Assembly: GCA_963840035.1 (NCBI GenBank)
Contig: CAWIXE010000002.1
Span: forward strand, 736,001 to 800,000
From: a candidate division FCPU426 bacterium
GTDB lineage: Bacteria; Oederibacteriota; PGYV01; Palsa-1178
Length of the DNA: 64,000 nucleotides
Reading direction: 5' to 3'
Shown: piece by piece, positions 50,931 through 61,286 of the stretch
How the letters are laid out: every line of letters starts with the position of its first letter
Position numbering within the stretch: position 1 is the stretch's first letter
The notes under the pieces: model-generated
What the model saw: only the letters and a program-made list of their open reading frames with translations
Databases searched by the model: none
What the model was told of the DNA's origin: nothing
Translations under genes and position numbers: made by a program

Positions 50931-51863
50931 TTACTTAGTTCCTGATTGTTTGTTGCCTGACATTTCATTTATGTTTTTTATCTTCTTTTTTGTTTTGGAA
51001 ATGTTATCGAGGATCTTTTCATCGCCCGGTGTCAGTATCAGGACCTTTTCCCAGAGGGCGATGGCTTCGTCATATTTCCATCCTGTATATTTTTCCACGG
51101 CCGCGATATTGAGCCTGTCAGCCTCATTTTTTATCCTGATATCCATGGACTCAAGTGTCGAAGCCGCCATTGTATTGCCCGGGTCGAGTTCGCCTATTTT
51201 TCTTAAGGCGTATACTGATTCTGTTATCAGCCCTTTTTTTTCATTGGAAACGGAATCGGCAAAGAGCGCGTCTATGGCTGCCGAATAGGCTTCTTCAGCT
51301 GCTTTTAAAAGTGCTGCCGCGTCACCGTTTCCCGGATTAAGTTTGAGCGCCTGTTTATACGCGTCGCAGGAAGCGCGGTAACTGCCATTTTTTGAGAGTT
51401 TAAGCCCTTTACTTAAAAGTTCCTTGAATTTTTTTTCGTTTTTTGCCAGTTCATTCCGGCACTTATTCATGGAGGTTTTAAGGGTTTTAGGCTTGTTTTT
51501 ATCTGTAAAGAGCATATCAGCGGATGTTAATTCATCAAGAGCTGATCTATAATTGCCGTTTTTCATAAGCGCGGCAGCTTTGTCGAAATGTCCCTGCGCT
51601 TCTTTAATGGAAGTATCCTCAGGAGTTTCCGCGACAGCCTGTGCCGCAGCGGTTTTTGTGGATGTTTTTTCTTCCGGAAGCGCCGGCTCGTTGCCGGTTA
51701 AGTCTTCCTTTACGTCAGGCATTTCCGGCTCGTCTTTAATGACCGGAAGCGCAGCGGGTTCCTCTGCAGAAATATCAACTATGTCAGCCGGATCCGATGA
51801 TATGACAGCTGACGGCATAGCGGCCAGGAGCAGTATCATGGCCGGTAATAAATACCGGTGCAT
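50931..51863 (-). CDS. Secreted TPR protein
   Basis: Signal peptide, acidic linker, TPR motifs (AL.LNPGN, LDPGN). Confidence 0.8.
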   Translation of the reverse strand: MHRYLLPAMILLLAAMPSAVISSDPADIVDISAEEPAALPVIKDEPEMPDVKEDLTGNEPALPEEKTSTKTAAAQAVAETPEDTSIKEAQGHFDKAAALMKNGNYRSALDELTSADMLFTDKNKPKTLKTSMNKCRNELAKNEKKFKELLSKGLKLSKNGSYRASCDAYKQALKLNPGNGDAAALLKAAEEAYSAAIDALFADSVSNEKKGLITESVYALRKIGELDPGNTMAASTLESMDIRIKNEADRLNIAAVEKYTGWKYDEAIALWEKVLILTPGDEKILDNISKTKKKIKNINEMSGNKQSGTK

Positions 51864-51864
51864 G

Positions 51865-52401
51865 TTAATACCTTTCTTCCTTTGTCATTATTCCGGTTTC
51901 ATCAAACTGGCGTATCTGAAGAAGTTTGCCTTTTTTATATACCGCGTCGGTTTTTACGCGGCCGGTGCCGTAGTATTCCCTGACGACCCCGTCTAAAATG
52001 CCGTTTACGTATGTTTCCTCGGCTTCCACCATGCCTGTCTCAAAATACATCCGGAAAAGTCCGGCGCGTTTGCCTTTCTTGAAGGCGCCTTCAATCTTCA
52101 AACTTCCGGTTTCGTGAAATTGTTTCCAGTAGCCGTCTAGCTCGTTCTGCCTGAAGGCCCCTTCCTCGTCTATTTTTCCCTGTTCGGATAAAAGCAGGTA
52201 CCTGCCGTTAAGTTCATTATTTTTATATGTCATTTCAGATGACAGCATGCCCGAAGGATGATACATGCGCACTATGCCTGATATCTTTTTTCCTTCTTTT
52301 TTAATAGTGCCGTTATCGTCATATATCCAGCGGGCTATTTCCTTCCTGTCTTTGTAAAAAAACTGTATGTTTGCTGTCATTGAAGCGGTCAGTTCGTCCA
52401 T
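51865..52401 (-). CDS. MORN_2-repeat (YwqK-like) protein
   Basis: Repeated G.....Y..G......Y/F..G units. Confidence 0.88.
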   Translation of the reverse strand: MDELTASMTANIQFFYKDRKEIARWIYDDNGTIKKEGKKISGIVRMYHPSGMLSSEMTYKNNELNGRYLLLSEQGKIDEEGAFRQNELDGYWKQFHETGSLKIEGAFKKGKRAGLFRMYFETGMVEAEETYVNGILDGVVREYYGTGRVKTDAVYKKGKLLQIRQFDETGIMTKEERY

Positions 52402-52441
52402 AAGTACCCCTTTTTAACTGTAATATGCTATTTTAACACAA

Positions 52442-53572
52442 TTATTCCCCGCCAATAACTATTATTTTTGACTTTTTTGCCAGTTCGCGTTTTTTTCTTC
52501 GTTTTTTCATGTTTATGACAAATATGGCGGTTAAAGCCGCGAGTATGGCCAGTAATATGACAATAGTAATGCCCTTAAAGTTCCTGTTGGCCAGCAGCCC
52601 TTTTAATGCCCATATTTTCAGGGATCCGTCCCTGCATGCCGTTGCAAGGTATTCCGAACCCGGGGAAACTGAGACTGAATATACCTCGTCGTTGTGGCCG
52701 CTTATTACCTCGGAGAGCCTTCCGGTTTTGGCGTCCCATATTTTTGTCAGAGTGTCTTTGCCGGATGAAATCAGGAGGCTGCCGTCCGGAGAGAATACCA
52801 GGCCCCATATGATGTTTTCGTGCGCTACGTTTGTCCATATGAGAAGGCCGTCTTCAGCCCTCCAGAATTTCAAAAACCGGTTCTCGCCTCCCGCCGCCAC
52901 ATACTGCGAGTCCGCGGAGAAAGCCGCCGCGTAGACAAGCGAACCGTGGTTTAGTACCCTTGCCTGCTTAAATGAGACGCCGCCTTTGCCGAGGATGGAG
53001 TTGATAAGATTCTTATGGTCTATCTCCCATAAGATGACTGATTGGCCGCAACCGGCAGCCATGAACTTACCGTCATTTGAAAACTTTATTGACCTCGCGT
53101 ACAGGTCGCCTATTGGAACTTCAAAATATTTTTTTCCGTCCTTCACTCCAAAGACCGAAATGTTGCGGTAGGTTCCTACCGCTAAAAGCTTTGAATCGCT
53201 GGAAAACGCCGCCGAATAAAGAGGCTCCTTAAAAACATCAAAAGCTTTGATGAGGTTTCCGCCGGTTGTTTCCCAGAGTTTTAAGGTGTTATCGCGGCCG
53301 GCGGTGGCGAAATATTTGGCGTCCGGAGAAAACACGGCGCACTCTACCGCGGCCCCGTGGTTTATGGACAAAAGACATGTATTCCTGTCCACGTCCCATA
53401 TCTTAACAGCGCCGCCTAAATCAGCCGAGAGCAGGTATGAGGTCTTTTGCGAGAAATCCACGGATGAAACGGACATCGTATGCCCTTTTAAGTCCCTGTA
53501 AAGGACTGCGGAAGCAGATAATGATGAGAAAAATGTTGTTAATGTTATAAATAAAAGTAAAAAATTCTTCAT
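52442..53572 (-). CDS. WD40 beta-propeller with signal peptide and C-terminal membrane anchor
   Basis: About 7 GH...FSPDG...WD/WE repeats; TM helix plus KKRRKKR. Confidence 0.9.
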   Translation of the reverse strand: MKNFLLLFITLTTFFSSLSASAVLYRDLKGHTMSVSSVDFSQKTSYLLSADLGGAVKIWDVDRNTCLLSINHGAAVECAVFSPDAKYFATAGRDNTLKLWETTGGNLIKAFDVFKEPLYSAAFSSDSKLLAVGTYRNISVFGVKDGKKYFEVPIGDLYARSIKFSNDGKFMAAGCGQSVILWEIDHKNLINSILGKGGVSFKQARVLNHGSLVYAAAFSADSQYVAAGGENRFLKFWRAEDGLLIWTNVAHENIIWGLVFSPDGSLLISSGKDTLTKIWDAKTGRLSEVISGHNDEVYSVSVSPGSEYLATACRDGSLKIWALKGLLANRNFKGITIVILLAILAALTAIFVINMKKRRKKRELAKKSKIIVIGGE

Positions 53573-53631
53573 GTTGTCTCCTTGTACGTTAAGTAATAAG
53601 TTATAAACCGGAAGTGTTTTTTACGGTGCTG

Positions 53632-53699
53632 GTAGCCGCGGCCTTTAGGCTGCGCAAGGGCGCAATGCCGGCCTTTCGCAACCTGAAGGTTGCGGCTAC
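53632..53699. repeat. GTAG-type REP doublet, family D
   Basis: GTAGCCGCGGCCTTTAGGCTGCG on + (53632-53654) and GTAGCCGCAACCTTCAGGTTGCG on - (53677-53699). Confidence 0.85.
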
Positions 53700-53744
53700 C
53701 AATACACAAAAACGCGTCCCTTTCCGCCATTATATTTCATGCTT

Positions 53745-56700
53745 TTATCTGTTCTTCTTCTCTTCAATCGTCTTTGACAGTTCCGGCTTTAATTCCAGCG
53801 CTTTTGCGAACGCTTTTTCAGCTTCTTTATGTTTGTTTTGTTCGTGAAAAAGGAAGCCTATTCGCATGTGTGTCTCGGCATGGCCCGGGTTTAAATCAAG
53901 GGCTTTTTTGAATTCTTTTTCAGCCACGTCATACCTGGTCTCGTCATGATAAATCTCACCCAGGCTTAAATGAAGCTTATAATCGCCGGGCTTAAGGGCG
54001 ATGGCTTTCCTGAAGTACTCTTTTGCGTCATCATATTTTACAAGCCTGAAGCATATATTTCCAAGAAGCGAATAAATTGCCGGGTTTGATTCCTGTTTTT
54101 CAAGCATGGCCAGCAGCAGGGCTGAGGATTCATCAAAGCGCCTGGCCTCGTATAGGGCTGAGGCAAGGCTGTATTTCAGCGTTGTGTCGTCCGGCTTTAA
54201 TCCGGAAAGTTTTTTAAGCTCGTCAATGGCTTTCTCCGGCCTTTTAACGGCGGTATAAAAAGTATAAAGGCTGAAGTGCGCTTTATAATCATCCGGGAAC
54301 ATTTCAAGGATGTTTAAGTAAGCGGCTTCGGCTTCATCTTTTTTTCCGGCTTTCATCAGTGATGAGGCGCAGTTGTGCATTATTTTTACGTCATTGGGCT
54401 TGAGCACGCAGGCTTTTTTAAATGTCTCGGAGGCTGTTTCAAAACTTCCGTTATTGTAATACAGCTGAGCCAGCTGGTCGTAAGCCTCGGCGGAATCGGG
54501 TTTTAATTCAAGTATCCTCTGGTATTCTTTTTCGGCGTTGTTGAAATCGCCTCTATTGTAGTATATCTGGCCGAGGTTTAAGTGCACGTTCAGGTTGTCA
54601 GGCTCAAGCTCGACGGCTTTTTTAAGTTCCGCCTCGGTTTCTTTTTCCCTGGAAGGGCCGGATTTCTGTATGGCGACCGCCAGCCCGGCGTGGGCTTCAG
54701 CGTTTGACGGGTTTATGGATATGGATTTTCTGTAACATTCCTCTGATTTATCCGTTTGCCCCGACTGAAGAAAACATGCTCCGAGGCTGTACCAGGTTTC
54801 CGCGTTACCGGAGTCAAGCCCGGCTGCCTTTTCAAGCAGCGGCTCTGCTTCGGCGTACATGGATTTTTGAAGGAGAAAAGTTCCGTAATTGTGCAGGGCC
54901 TGCGGGTCCTCCGGATTAAGTTCCGTACCCCTTTTTAAATATGTTTCCGCTTCTGCCACGTTACCCTGCCTGCTGTAAATAAGCCCGAGAAGGCTTAATG
55001 CGCGGCCGTTTTCCGCCTCGGCAGAAAGAATGGCCTTGCATTCCGTTTCTGCCTGGGAATAAACATTGTGTTTAAAAAAGAAGAGCGCGAGGTCGTATCT
55101 GGCCCGCAGGTTATTCGGGTTCGCCGTAAGTATCCTGGAAAGTGTTTCCTGCGCCTCTTTATCGCGCCCGCTTTTCAGGCATCCGGAAATGAACAGGTCG
55201 AGGGCCTCTGTGTGATTGGGGTTAATCAAGACCAGTTTCTTCAGGGTTTTAATCGCGTCGTCATCCCTTCCCTGGGCGTAAATTGAAAGCGCCATCCTGT
55301 ACATCGCGTCGAGGTTCATCCTGTCGAGTTCAATGGTCTTTTTAAAGGCTTCTTCGCTTTCGGGGTATTGTTTTAGTTCCAGCAGGCATAGCCCCTTTTC
55401 ATAAGGCGCTGTTTTGTCGGCGGGATCAAGTTTCATCACTTCGTCGAACTGATGGCCGGCATTGGTATACTTTTTTTCCTTCATCAGGGTTACACCGAGC
55501 CTCAAATACGCGTCTTTATATGCGGGCTCCGTTTTTACGGCTTTTTCATAATTTTTTGCTGCTTCAGCGTAGTTTTCCTGCTCGAAGTAAATGCCGGCCA
55601 GCGCGTAATACGCCCGCGAATTGGCCGCGTCCAGCGAGAGTTCCTTTTTAAATGACGCTTCAGCCTCGGCCTTTTGTCCCATGTTGTAATAGGCCATGCC
55701 GAGCGCGTAATTAACCCTGGAAAAACCCGGCTTAATTTCAGAGAGTTTTTTCAGGGCTGCCGCGGATTCCGCGAACTTTTTTATTGTGTACCTTGCCACG
55801 CCGAGGTTGTACCAGGCGTTGTAATTGTCCTTTGCGTATTCGGTGGTCTTAAGGAAATACTCCTCAGCATCCTCGTTTCTGCCTTCGCTGCGCGCGATAA
55901 GCCCCAGGTTATACCATGCCTGGGCGTGCGCCGGGTCGTTGGCCAGGAGTTTTTTATATATCTCCCCTGCTTCGCTGAATTTTTTGTTGTCATAATATAT
56001 CATGGCAAGCGTGCTGTATGATTCCGAGTGGGCCGGATTTTTCTCTATGGCGTCGCGGAAAAAGCTTTCGGCTTTATCATATTCCTTGTTGTTATAATAC
56101 ATAAGGCCTATGGAATAGTAAGCGTCATCATGGCCCGGGTTCGCGCCTATGGCCCTTGAAAAAGCTTCTTTTGCCTCTTCTGATTTGCCTTCTTTGGTAT
56201 ATATGTGTCCAAGCAGATACCACGCGTCCGCGTTCATGGGGCTGATATCAACGGCTTTTTTAAAGGCGTTTTCCGCGTCTTTTAACCTGTCCAGGTCGTA
56301 ATATATCTGGCCCAGAAGGCTGAAAGTCTCGGAATATCCCGGGTTTATCCTGATGGACTTGTTGAGCAGGTCAATGGCGTTTTCATGGCTGCCCGTGCCT
56401 TCAAAAAAGCGCGCCATCTGGGTCAACAATATGCCGGCGGTGTTTATGTGTTCCAGGGTGCGTTTGTATATGATCTCTTCCCTGGGCGCCTGGGTAAACG
56501 GGTGCTGTACGCCCTTGTCCCTCATGTTTATGTTTATCTTGGTGGAGCCGTCGTCATAACGCAGAAAGAAGTGGCCGGGCGCCACCGAACCGTACACGGG
56601 CATATATACGGCGTCGGCTATCAGAAGGTATATCAGAGATAAAGTGATGCATACGCCTTCTTTTTCCTTCATGACGCGGTAAATGGAAAAGTATTTCAAA

Positions 56701-57023
56701 ACCTCGTCGGCGTTGGTTACCTGCTTTTTCTTGGCTGAATTGAAAAAGAACTTGTCCCAGCGTTCGTTGAACTTAAAGCCTTTATCACGGAAGAAATAAC
56801 TGCTTAAAAAGTTTATCTGCTCCCGCGGCGAGTCAGCCTTGTTTAATTCCGGACGGAATTCCTTTACCATGGAGTTAATCATTTCGGCGCACAGGTCCTG
56901 GTCAAAATCATTTTCCATCAGGCCAAAAAGGCCGAAAATAGTCTTGTTTAATTCGAACGAATGGGCGTCGTCCGGAAATATCCTGTTAAGCTTTTCTGAA
57001 AATGTTTCTTCGTTTTTTTGCAT
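53745..57023 (-). CDS. SirB1-like transglutaminase-core protein with a long TPR array (about 25 repeats)
   Basis: EGVCITLSLIY...APGHFFLRY, then continuous 34-aa TPRs. Confidence 0.85.
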   Translation of the reverse strand: MQKNEETFSEKLNRIFPDDAHSFELNKTIFGLFGLMENDFDQDLCAEMINSMVKEFRPELNKADSPREQINFLSSYFFRDKGFKFNERWDKFFFNSAKKKQVTNADEVLKYFSIYRVMKEKEGVCITLSLIYLLIADAVYMPVYGSVAPGHFFLRYDDGSTKININMRDKGVQHPFTQAPREEIIYKRTLEHINTAGILLTQMARFFEGTGSHENAIDLLNKSIRINPGYSETFSLLGQIYYDLDRLKDAENAFKKAVDISPMNADAWYLLGHIYTKEGKSEEAKEAFSRAIGANPGHDDAYYSIGLMYYNNKEYDKAESFFRDAIEKNPAHSESYSTLAMIYYDNKKFSEAGEIYKKLLANDPAHAQAWYNLGLIARSEGRNEDAEEYFLKTTEYAKDNYNAWYNLGVARYTIKKFAESAAALKKLSEIKPGFSRVNYALGMAYYNMGQKAEAEASFKKELSLDAANSRAYYALAGIYFEQENYAEAAKNYEKAVKTEPAYKDAYLRLGVTLMKEKKYTNAGHQFDEVMKLDPADKTAPYEKGLCLLELKQYPESEEAFKKTIELDRMNLDAMYRMALSIYAQGRDDDAIKTLKKLVLINPNHTEALDLFISGCLKSGRDKEAQETLSRILTANPNNLRARYDLALFFFKHNVYSQAETECKAILSAEAENGRALSLLGLIYSRQGNVAEAETYLKRGTELNPEDPQALHNYGTFLLQKSMYAEAEPLLEKAAGLDSGNAETWYSLGACFLQSGQTDKSEECYRKSISINPSNAEAHAGLAVAIQKSGPSREKETEAELKKAVELEPDNLNVHLNLGQIYYNRGDFNNAEKEYQRILELKPDSAEAYDQLAQLYYNNGSFETASETFKKACVLKPNDVKIMHNCASSLMKAGKKDEAEAAYLNILEMFPDDYKAHFSLYTFYTAVKRPEKAIDELKKLSGLKPDDTTLKYSLASALYEARRFDESSALLLAMLEKQESNPAIYSLLGNICFRLVKYDDAKEYFRKAIALKPGDYKLHLSLGEIYHDETRYDVAEKEFKKALDLNPGHAETHMRIGFLFHEQNKHKEAEKAFAKALELKPELSKTIEEKKNR

Positions 57024-58064
57024 TTATTTTTTCCTTTTACGGTTTAGTTCTTCCAGCGCGGCGGCGGCAAGCCGGTTATTCGGGTCAATGTTAAGCGCCT
57101 TTTCCAGGTTGTTTTCAGCCAGCAGCCAGCGCCCCTGCTCTGTATAAAGCGACGCCAGGTTTACATATCCGTTTGAGTAATTTGGGAAGAGGCGCAGCGA
57201 CTCGGTAAATTCCGCCTCGGCCTTTTCATATTGTTTTTTTTGGTCGTATATCAGCCCCAGGTTGTTATGCGTTTCCGGGAAATCCGGCAGCATTTCAATT
57301 GATTTCTCAAGCATTATTTCGGCTTTTGGGATGGCGCCGGTGCGCATCAGCAGAATTCCCATATTATTTAAAGCCGCTGCTACCGTGTCGTAGCGCGACA
57401 GGGGTTTGTTATAAATAACTTTTGACGCGTCTATGAAGCCTGTGTTTGTTAATTCCTTATAGCCATAGTACTCGACTCCGCCGAAAGTGGTCTCGGAGTT
57501 TATGCCGGAGTGGCCCGGTTCCTGGTAGCGCACAAAAATATGGCCCGGAACAAGCACTCCGTATATCGGCAGTTTAAGTTTATCCGCTATCATCAGGTAT
57601 ATAAGCGACAGCGAAAGGCAAATGCCCTGCCTGCGTTCCAGGACGCGCGGTATGGAGTTGAAATTGAGAAAATCATCGGCCGATATGGCTGCAAGTTCGC
57701 TGCCGGACATAAAAGCGTTCGCTTTTTCATCAAAACGGAACCCTTTATCTTTAAATATGAAATTATTGATGTTATTCATTACCGCGTCAGCGCGTATGTC
57801 GTCCATTATTACGGGCTTCAATTCAGCTGTCATTGCCGATATTTCGTCAGATGCCTTCTTATAATCGGATTCCGGATCTATGATGGACGAAAGGCCCAGA
57901 ACTACGGAAGTAAAGTCAAAGTTGTCTTTATCCTTTGGCAGGACGTTTTCCAGCTGTTCCCTGAACCGGCGTTCTTCTTTTAGTGAAGACCCGCTGTTAA
58001 GCCACCAGCTCATTAACAAAAAACCGGCCAGTATACCGATTATGAATTTTAAAGTTTTTGACAT
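57024..58064 (-). CDS. Membrane-anchored SirB1-like transglutaminase-core protein with about 3 TPRs
   Basis: N-terminal TM helix; QGICLSLSLIY...VPGHIFVRY; TPRs at the C-terminus. Confidence 0.85.
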   Translation of the reverse strand: MSKTLKFIIGILAGFLLMSWWLNSGSSLKEERRFREQLENVLPKDKDNFDFTSVVLGLSSIIDPESDYKKASDEISAMTAELKPVIMDDIRADAVMNNINNFIFKDKGFRFDEKANAFMSGSELAAISADDFLNFNSIPRVLERRQGICLSLSLIYLMIADKLKLPIYGVLVPGHIFVRYQEPGHSGINSETTFGGVEYYGYKELTNTGFIDASKVIYNKPLSRYDTVAAALNNMGILLMRTGAIPKAEIMLEKSIEMLPDFPETHNNLGLIYDQKKQYEKAEAEFTESLRLFPNYSNGYVNLASLYTEQGRWLLAENNLEKALNIDPNNRLAAAALEELNRKRKK

Positions 58065-58144
58065 TTCCCCTCCGGAAACGAAAAAATATGATTTCTAATT
58101 ATATAAGTACTTTTCTTGTTCTTATATTATCCACCCACTACCCG

Positions 58145-59369
58145 CTATTCAATCCGTATTTTCTTTATCTTCGCGCCTTTATAATAATACCGCAGTATCT
58201 CGTCGTAATACCTGCCTTCGTCAGCCATCTGACGGGCGCCTTCCTGGGACATGCCCACGCCGTGGCCCCAGCCTTTACCGGTGAAGTAAAACATGTCCCC
58301 GCGCTTCTGGACCTCAAAATTAGTCGACTTGAGCTGGTCAACTCCTATGTAGGCGCGCAGGTCCTTGCCTTTTATTGGGGCGTCCCTGTTTACCCCGTGT
58401 ATTATTGCGTTCTTTACCCTGTCGCTTGACGTCCTTTCAGTCACGCTTATGTCGTTTATGTATCCCGTATCCAGCCCGTTTTTGGCAAAGAGTTTGCCCA
58501 GCTTATCAGCGTCAATGGAATACTCCCATTTGAACTTTTTAGCGTTGGTGCTGTACGGGTCATCCACGCCCTGCAGATAGGTCATGTCTGCCTCCCCACA
58601 CTTCCTCTGATGACGCGGTCCTCCCGCCTGAATTGGCGTGAAAAAATGCCTGTATGACTTCGCCGTTGTATGAAAGCACCTCTCCGGCTGTTTCATCTAT
58701 GGCGCTGTTTGTCGGCGCGGCTTCGACGTCCCTGCCGCTATACACTTGAGAAGCGACTGAACAATCCAGGTCATATTCAGGGGTTTTATTCTTGAGCCTG
58801 TTATATATGGCAAAAGACCTTGCCGCTACCGCCTGCGCTTTTAAAACTTCCTTTTCCCAGCTGTAGGATACTTCCGAAGGAAGCACACCGTAAAGGTATT
58901 GTTCAAGTTCCAGCTTGTTTACCAGCATTAATGTGCCGCTTTTTAGAAAAACCATGAAAGAACCGCGGTATGATTTTTTATTAAAGACGAGGTATCCGTC
59001 TTTACATGTAATTTCGAGTAATTTTTTACCGGTGTCGTCCCCGTTAATTGATATGAAGCCATCAGGCAGCGCGGTAATGACGAACTTCTTCCCTTCAGCC
59101 ACGGATGAATCGGCAATTGATGCCTGTCCGCTGGAGGAAACTCCAAGAGGGCCTGATGATTTGGCGAGAAGGACTTTAACCATTATGACTTTTGAGTGTT
59201 CGTCCGGCTGCTCCGAAGCGTTATAGGTTTTGACTTCCTTGGATTTGAGTTCTTCTTTTGTTATTTTGACAGTTCTTCCTGTGCCCAGGTTTCTTGTAGA
59301 CATGGAAACGCATGAAGTAAGCATGGCCAGAGCGCAGGCTGAAACAATCAGGATTGAAGGCCTGTTCAT
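58145..59369 (-). pseudogene. SpoIID/LytB-domain lipoprotein interrupted by a frameshift near 58590
   Basis: N-part: lipobox LTSC, LEQYLYGV.PSE, LKAQAVAARS, SQVY.G, EEVWGG. It continues in another frame as DMTYLQGVDDPYS...GKGWGHGVGMSQEGA...ILRYYY. Confidence 0.75.
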
Positions 59370-59581
59370 TTTTTGCCCACAAAATAGAAGATAACGGACA
59401 GTATAATACTGATTATTATGGAAGTGGTTATGGGAAAGTAAAATGAGGTGTTTCCGTTTTCTATGCGTATGTCGCCGGGCAGCTTTCCCAGCGGAATCCC
59501 CTTGAAGAAAACAAGAACCACGCCGGCGATAATAAGCAGCGCGCCGAGCGCTATGAGGAATTTGCCGGTTTGTTCTGGCAT
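59366..59581 (-). CDS. DUF2905 family small membrane protein
   Basis: LGKLPGDIRI...FYFPITTSIIIS motif. Confidence 0.9.
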   Translation of the reverse strand: MPEQTGKFLIALGALLIIAGVVLVFFKGIPLGKLPGDIRIENGNTSFYFPITTSIIISIILSVIFYFVGKK

Positions 59582-59582
59582 G

Positions 59583-61286
59583 TTATCCGGCTGTCGCTGA
59601 AATAACTTCGTCTATGGTTGTCATGCCGCGCAGCATTTTTGCCACGGCAGACTGGCGAAGCGATCTCATTCCGCTTTTTAAAGCCATTTCCTTTATGACA
59701 GTGGCGTCAGAGCCTTTTAATATGGTCTTTTTCAGATCATCGCCGATTTCCATGAGCTCATATATGGCGACCCTGCCTTTATAACCCGAGCCGTTGCATG
59801 TCGGGCAACCCTGGCCTTTCATGAACGTGGCGCCCTTTGCCATCTCAGCTGTAATGCCGACAGATTCCAGAAGTTCAGGCGTAAGCTGGATTGGCTGTCC
59901 GCAATCCCTGCAGACCTTTCTTACAAGCCTCTGGGCGAGTACGAGTATTACGGCAGAGCCGATATAGAAAGGCTCTATGCCCATGTCTTCGAGCCTGCTT
60001 ATGGTCGTGGGCGCGTCATTTGTGTGAAGCGTGGATATTACAAGGTGGCCGGTTAAGGCGGCTTTTATGGCGATCTCGGCTGTTTCCTGGTCCCTGATTT
60101 CTCCGACCATTATTACATCCGGGTCCTGCCTTAAGAAAGAGCGCAGCGTGCTGGCGAAGGTGAGTTCGGCCTCCGGGTTCATCTGCACCTGGTTGATGTT
60201 TGGAAGGTTATATTCGACCGGGTCTTCTGCGGTCATGATATTTATGTCCGGGCTGTTTATGGTGGAAAGCGCCGAATAAAGCGTGGTAGTCTTACCGCTT
60301 CCCGTGGGCCCCGTTACAAGCAATATGCCGTAGGGCGCGTTAATGGCTTTCTGGAATTTTGTAAGTTCTTCCGGCTCAAAGCCGAGTTTTGTCAGGTCGA
60401 GCTGGAGGTTGGTCTGGTCCAAAATACGCATGACTATCTTTTCGCCCCAGACTGTCGGCAGCGTCGATACGCGCAGGTCAATGGTGCGGTCCTTTACTTT
60501 TATCTTGATCCTGCCGTCCTGAGGTTTTCTTTTCTCAATGATATCAAGGCGCGCCATAACTTTATAGCGCGATGTTAATGCCCTTTTATATGACACTGGC
60601 GGAGATGGCTGTTCTATGAGCGAGCCGTCTATCCTGTAGCGTATTTTTATCTCTTTTTCAAATGGTTCGACATGGATATCAGAGGCGCCCTTACCCACGG
60701 CGTCGGCAATGAGTGAGTTACAAAGCCTGATAACAGGCGCTTCATCCACGGATTCAGAGTCTTCAGCCTGTTGCTGCTGGTCCTTTAGAATCTCAAGTTC
60801 GTCTTCCCCTGAACCGGACATTTCTTTAAGCGTTTCGGCTGTTGCGCTTTTGTCCTCTTTTTTCATTCCCTGGTCTATTGCAAGTTTGATATATGATTCA
60901 GGCGCCATGCCGAGTTCCACTTCAGCGCCGCCTTTGAACTTGAATTCTTTCATGAAAGAGGAAAGCTCAGGGTGCATGGGATCGGCGCACGCGAATATGA
61001 TGGCGCTGCCTTCCCTGCGTATCGGGAAAATGCTGAGGGCTTCAGCTTTGGAACGAGGTATTATTGAAAGCAATGTGGGGTCGACTTCCACGGCCATTAA
61101 GTCTATATAATCAACTCCGTAATGGTTGGCGAGCCGCTTTGTTATCTCTTCCTCGTCAGCCCCCAAAAGAGCGAGGTTAAATCCCACACCCGATTTATTC
61201 TGAGCCTGCATTTCTTTGGCTTTGTCATACATTTCATCGGAGATAAGCCCGTCGTCGATAAGTTTTTTCCAGATGCCGGTCGCCAT
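59583..61286 (-). CDS. pilB: Type IV pilus assembly ATPase PilB/GspE
   Basis: ASDIHVEP, PQDGR, GPTGSGKTT, EDPVEY, LRQDPDVIMVGEIRD, TLHTND, tetra-Cys motif. Confidence 0.93.
   Translation of the reverse strand: MATGIWKKLIDDGLISDEMYDKAKEMQAQNKSGVGFNLALLGADEEEITKRLANHYGVDYIDLMAVEVDPTLLSIIPRSKAEALSIFPIRREGSAIIFACADPMHPELSSFMKEFKFKGGAEVELGMAPESYIKLAIDQGMKKEDKSATAETLKEMSGSGEDELEILKDQQQQAEDSESVDEAPVIRLCNSLIADAVGKGASDIHVEPFEKEIKIRYRIDGSLIEQPSPPVSYKRALTSRYKVMARLDIIEKRKPQDGRIKIKVKDRTIDLRVSTLPTVWGEKIVMRILDQTNLQLDLTKLGFEPEELTKFQKAINAPYGILLVTGPTGSGKTTTLYSALSTINSPDINIMTAEDPVEYNLPNINQVQMNPEAELTFASTLRSFLRQDPDVIMVGEIRDQETAEIAIKAALTGHLVISTLHTNDAPTTISRLEDMGIEPFYIGSAVILVLAQRLVRKVCRDCGQPIQLTPELLESVGITAEMAKGATFMKGQGCPTCNGSGYKGRVAIYELMEIGDDLKKTILKGSDATVIKEMALKSGMRSLRQSAVAKMLRGMTTIDEVISATAG

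Noticed and set aside
51865..52401. Toxin-antitoxin system, from the usual YwqK antitoxin label
   Set aside because: The label only reflects MORN_2 repeats; no toxin domain is adjacent.
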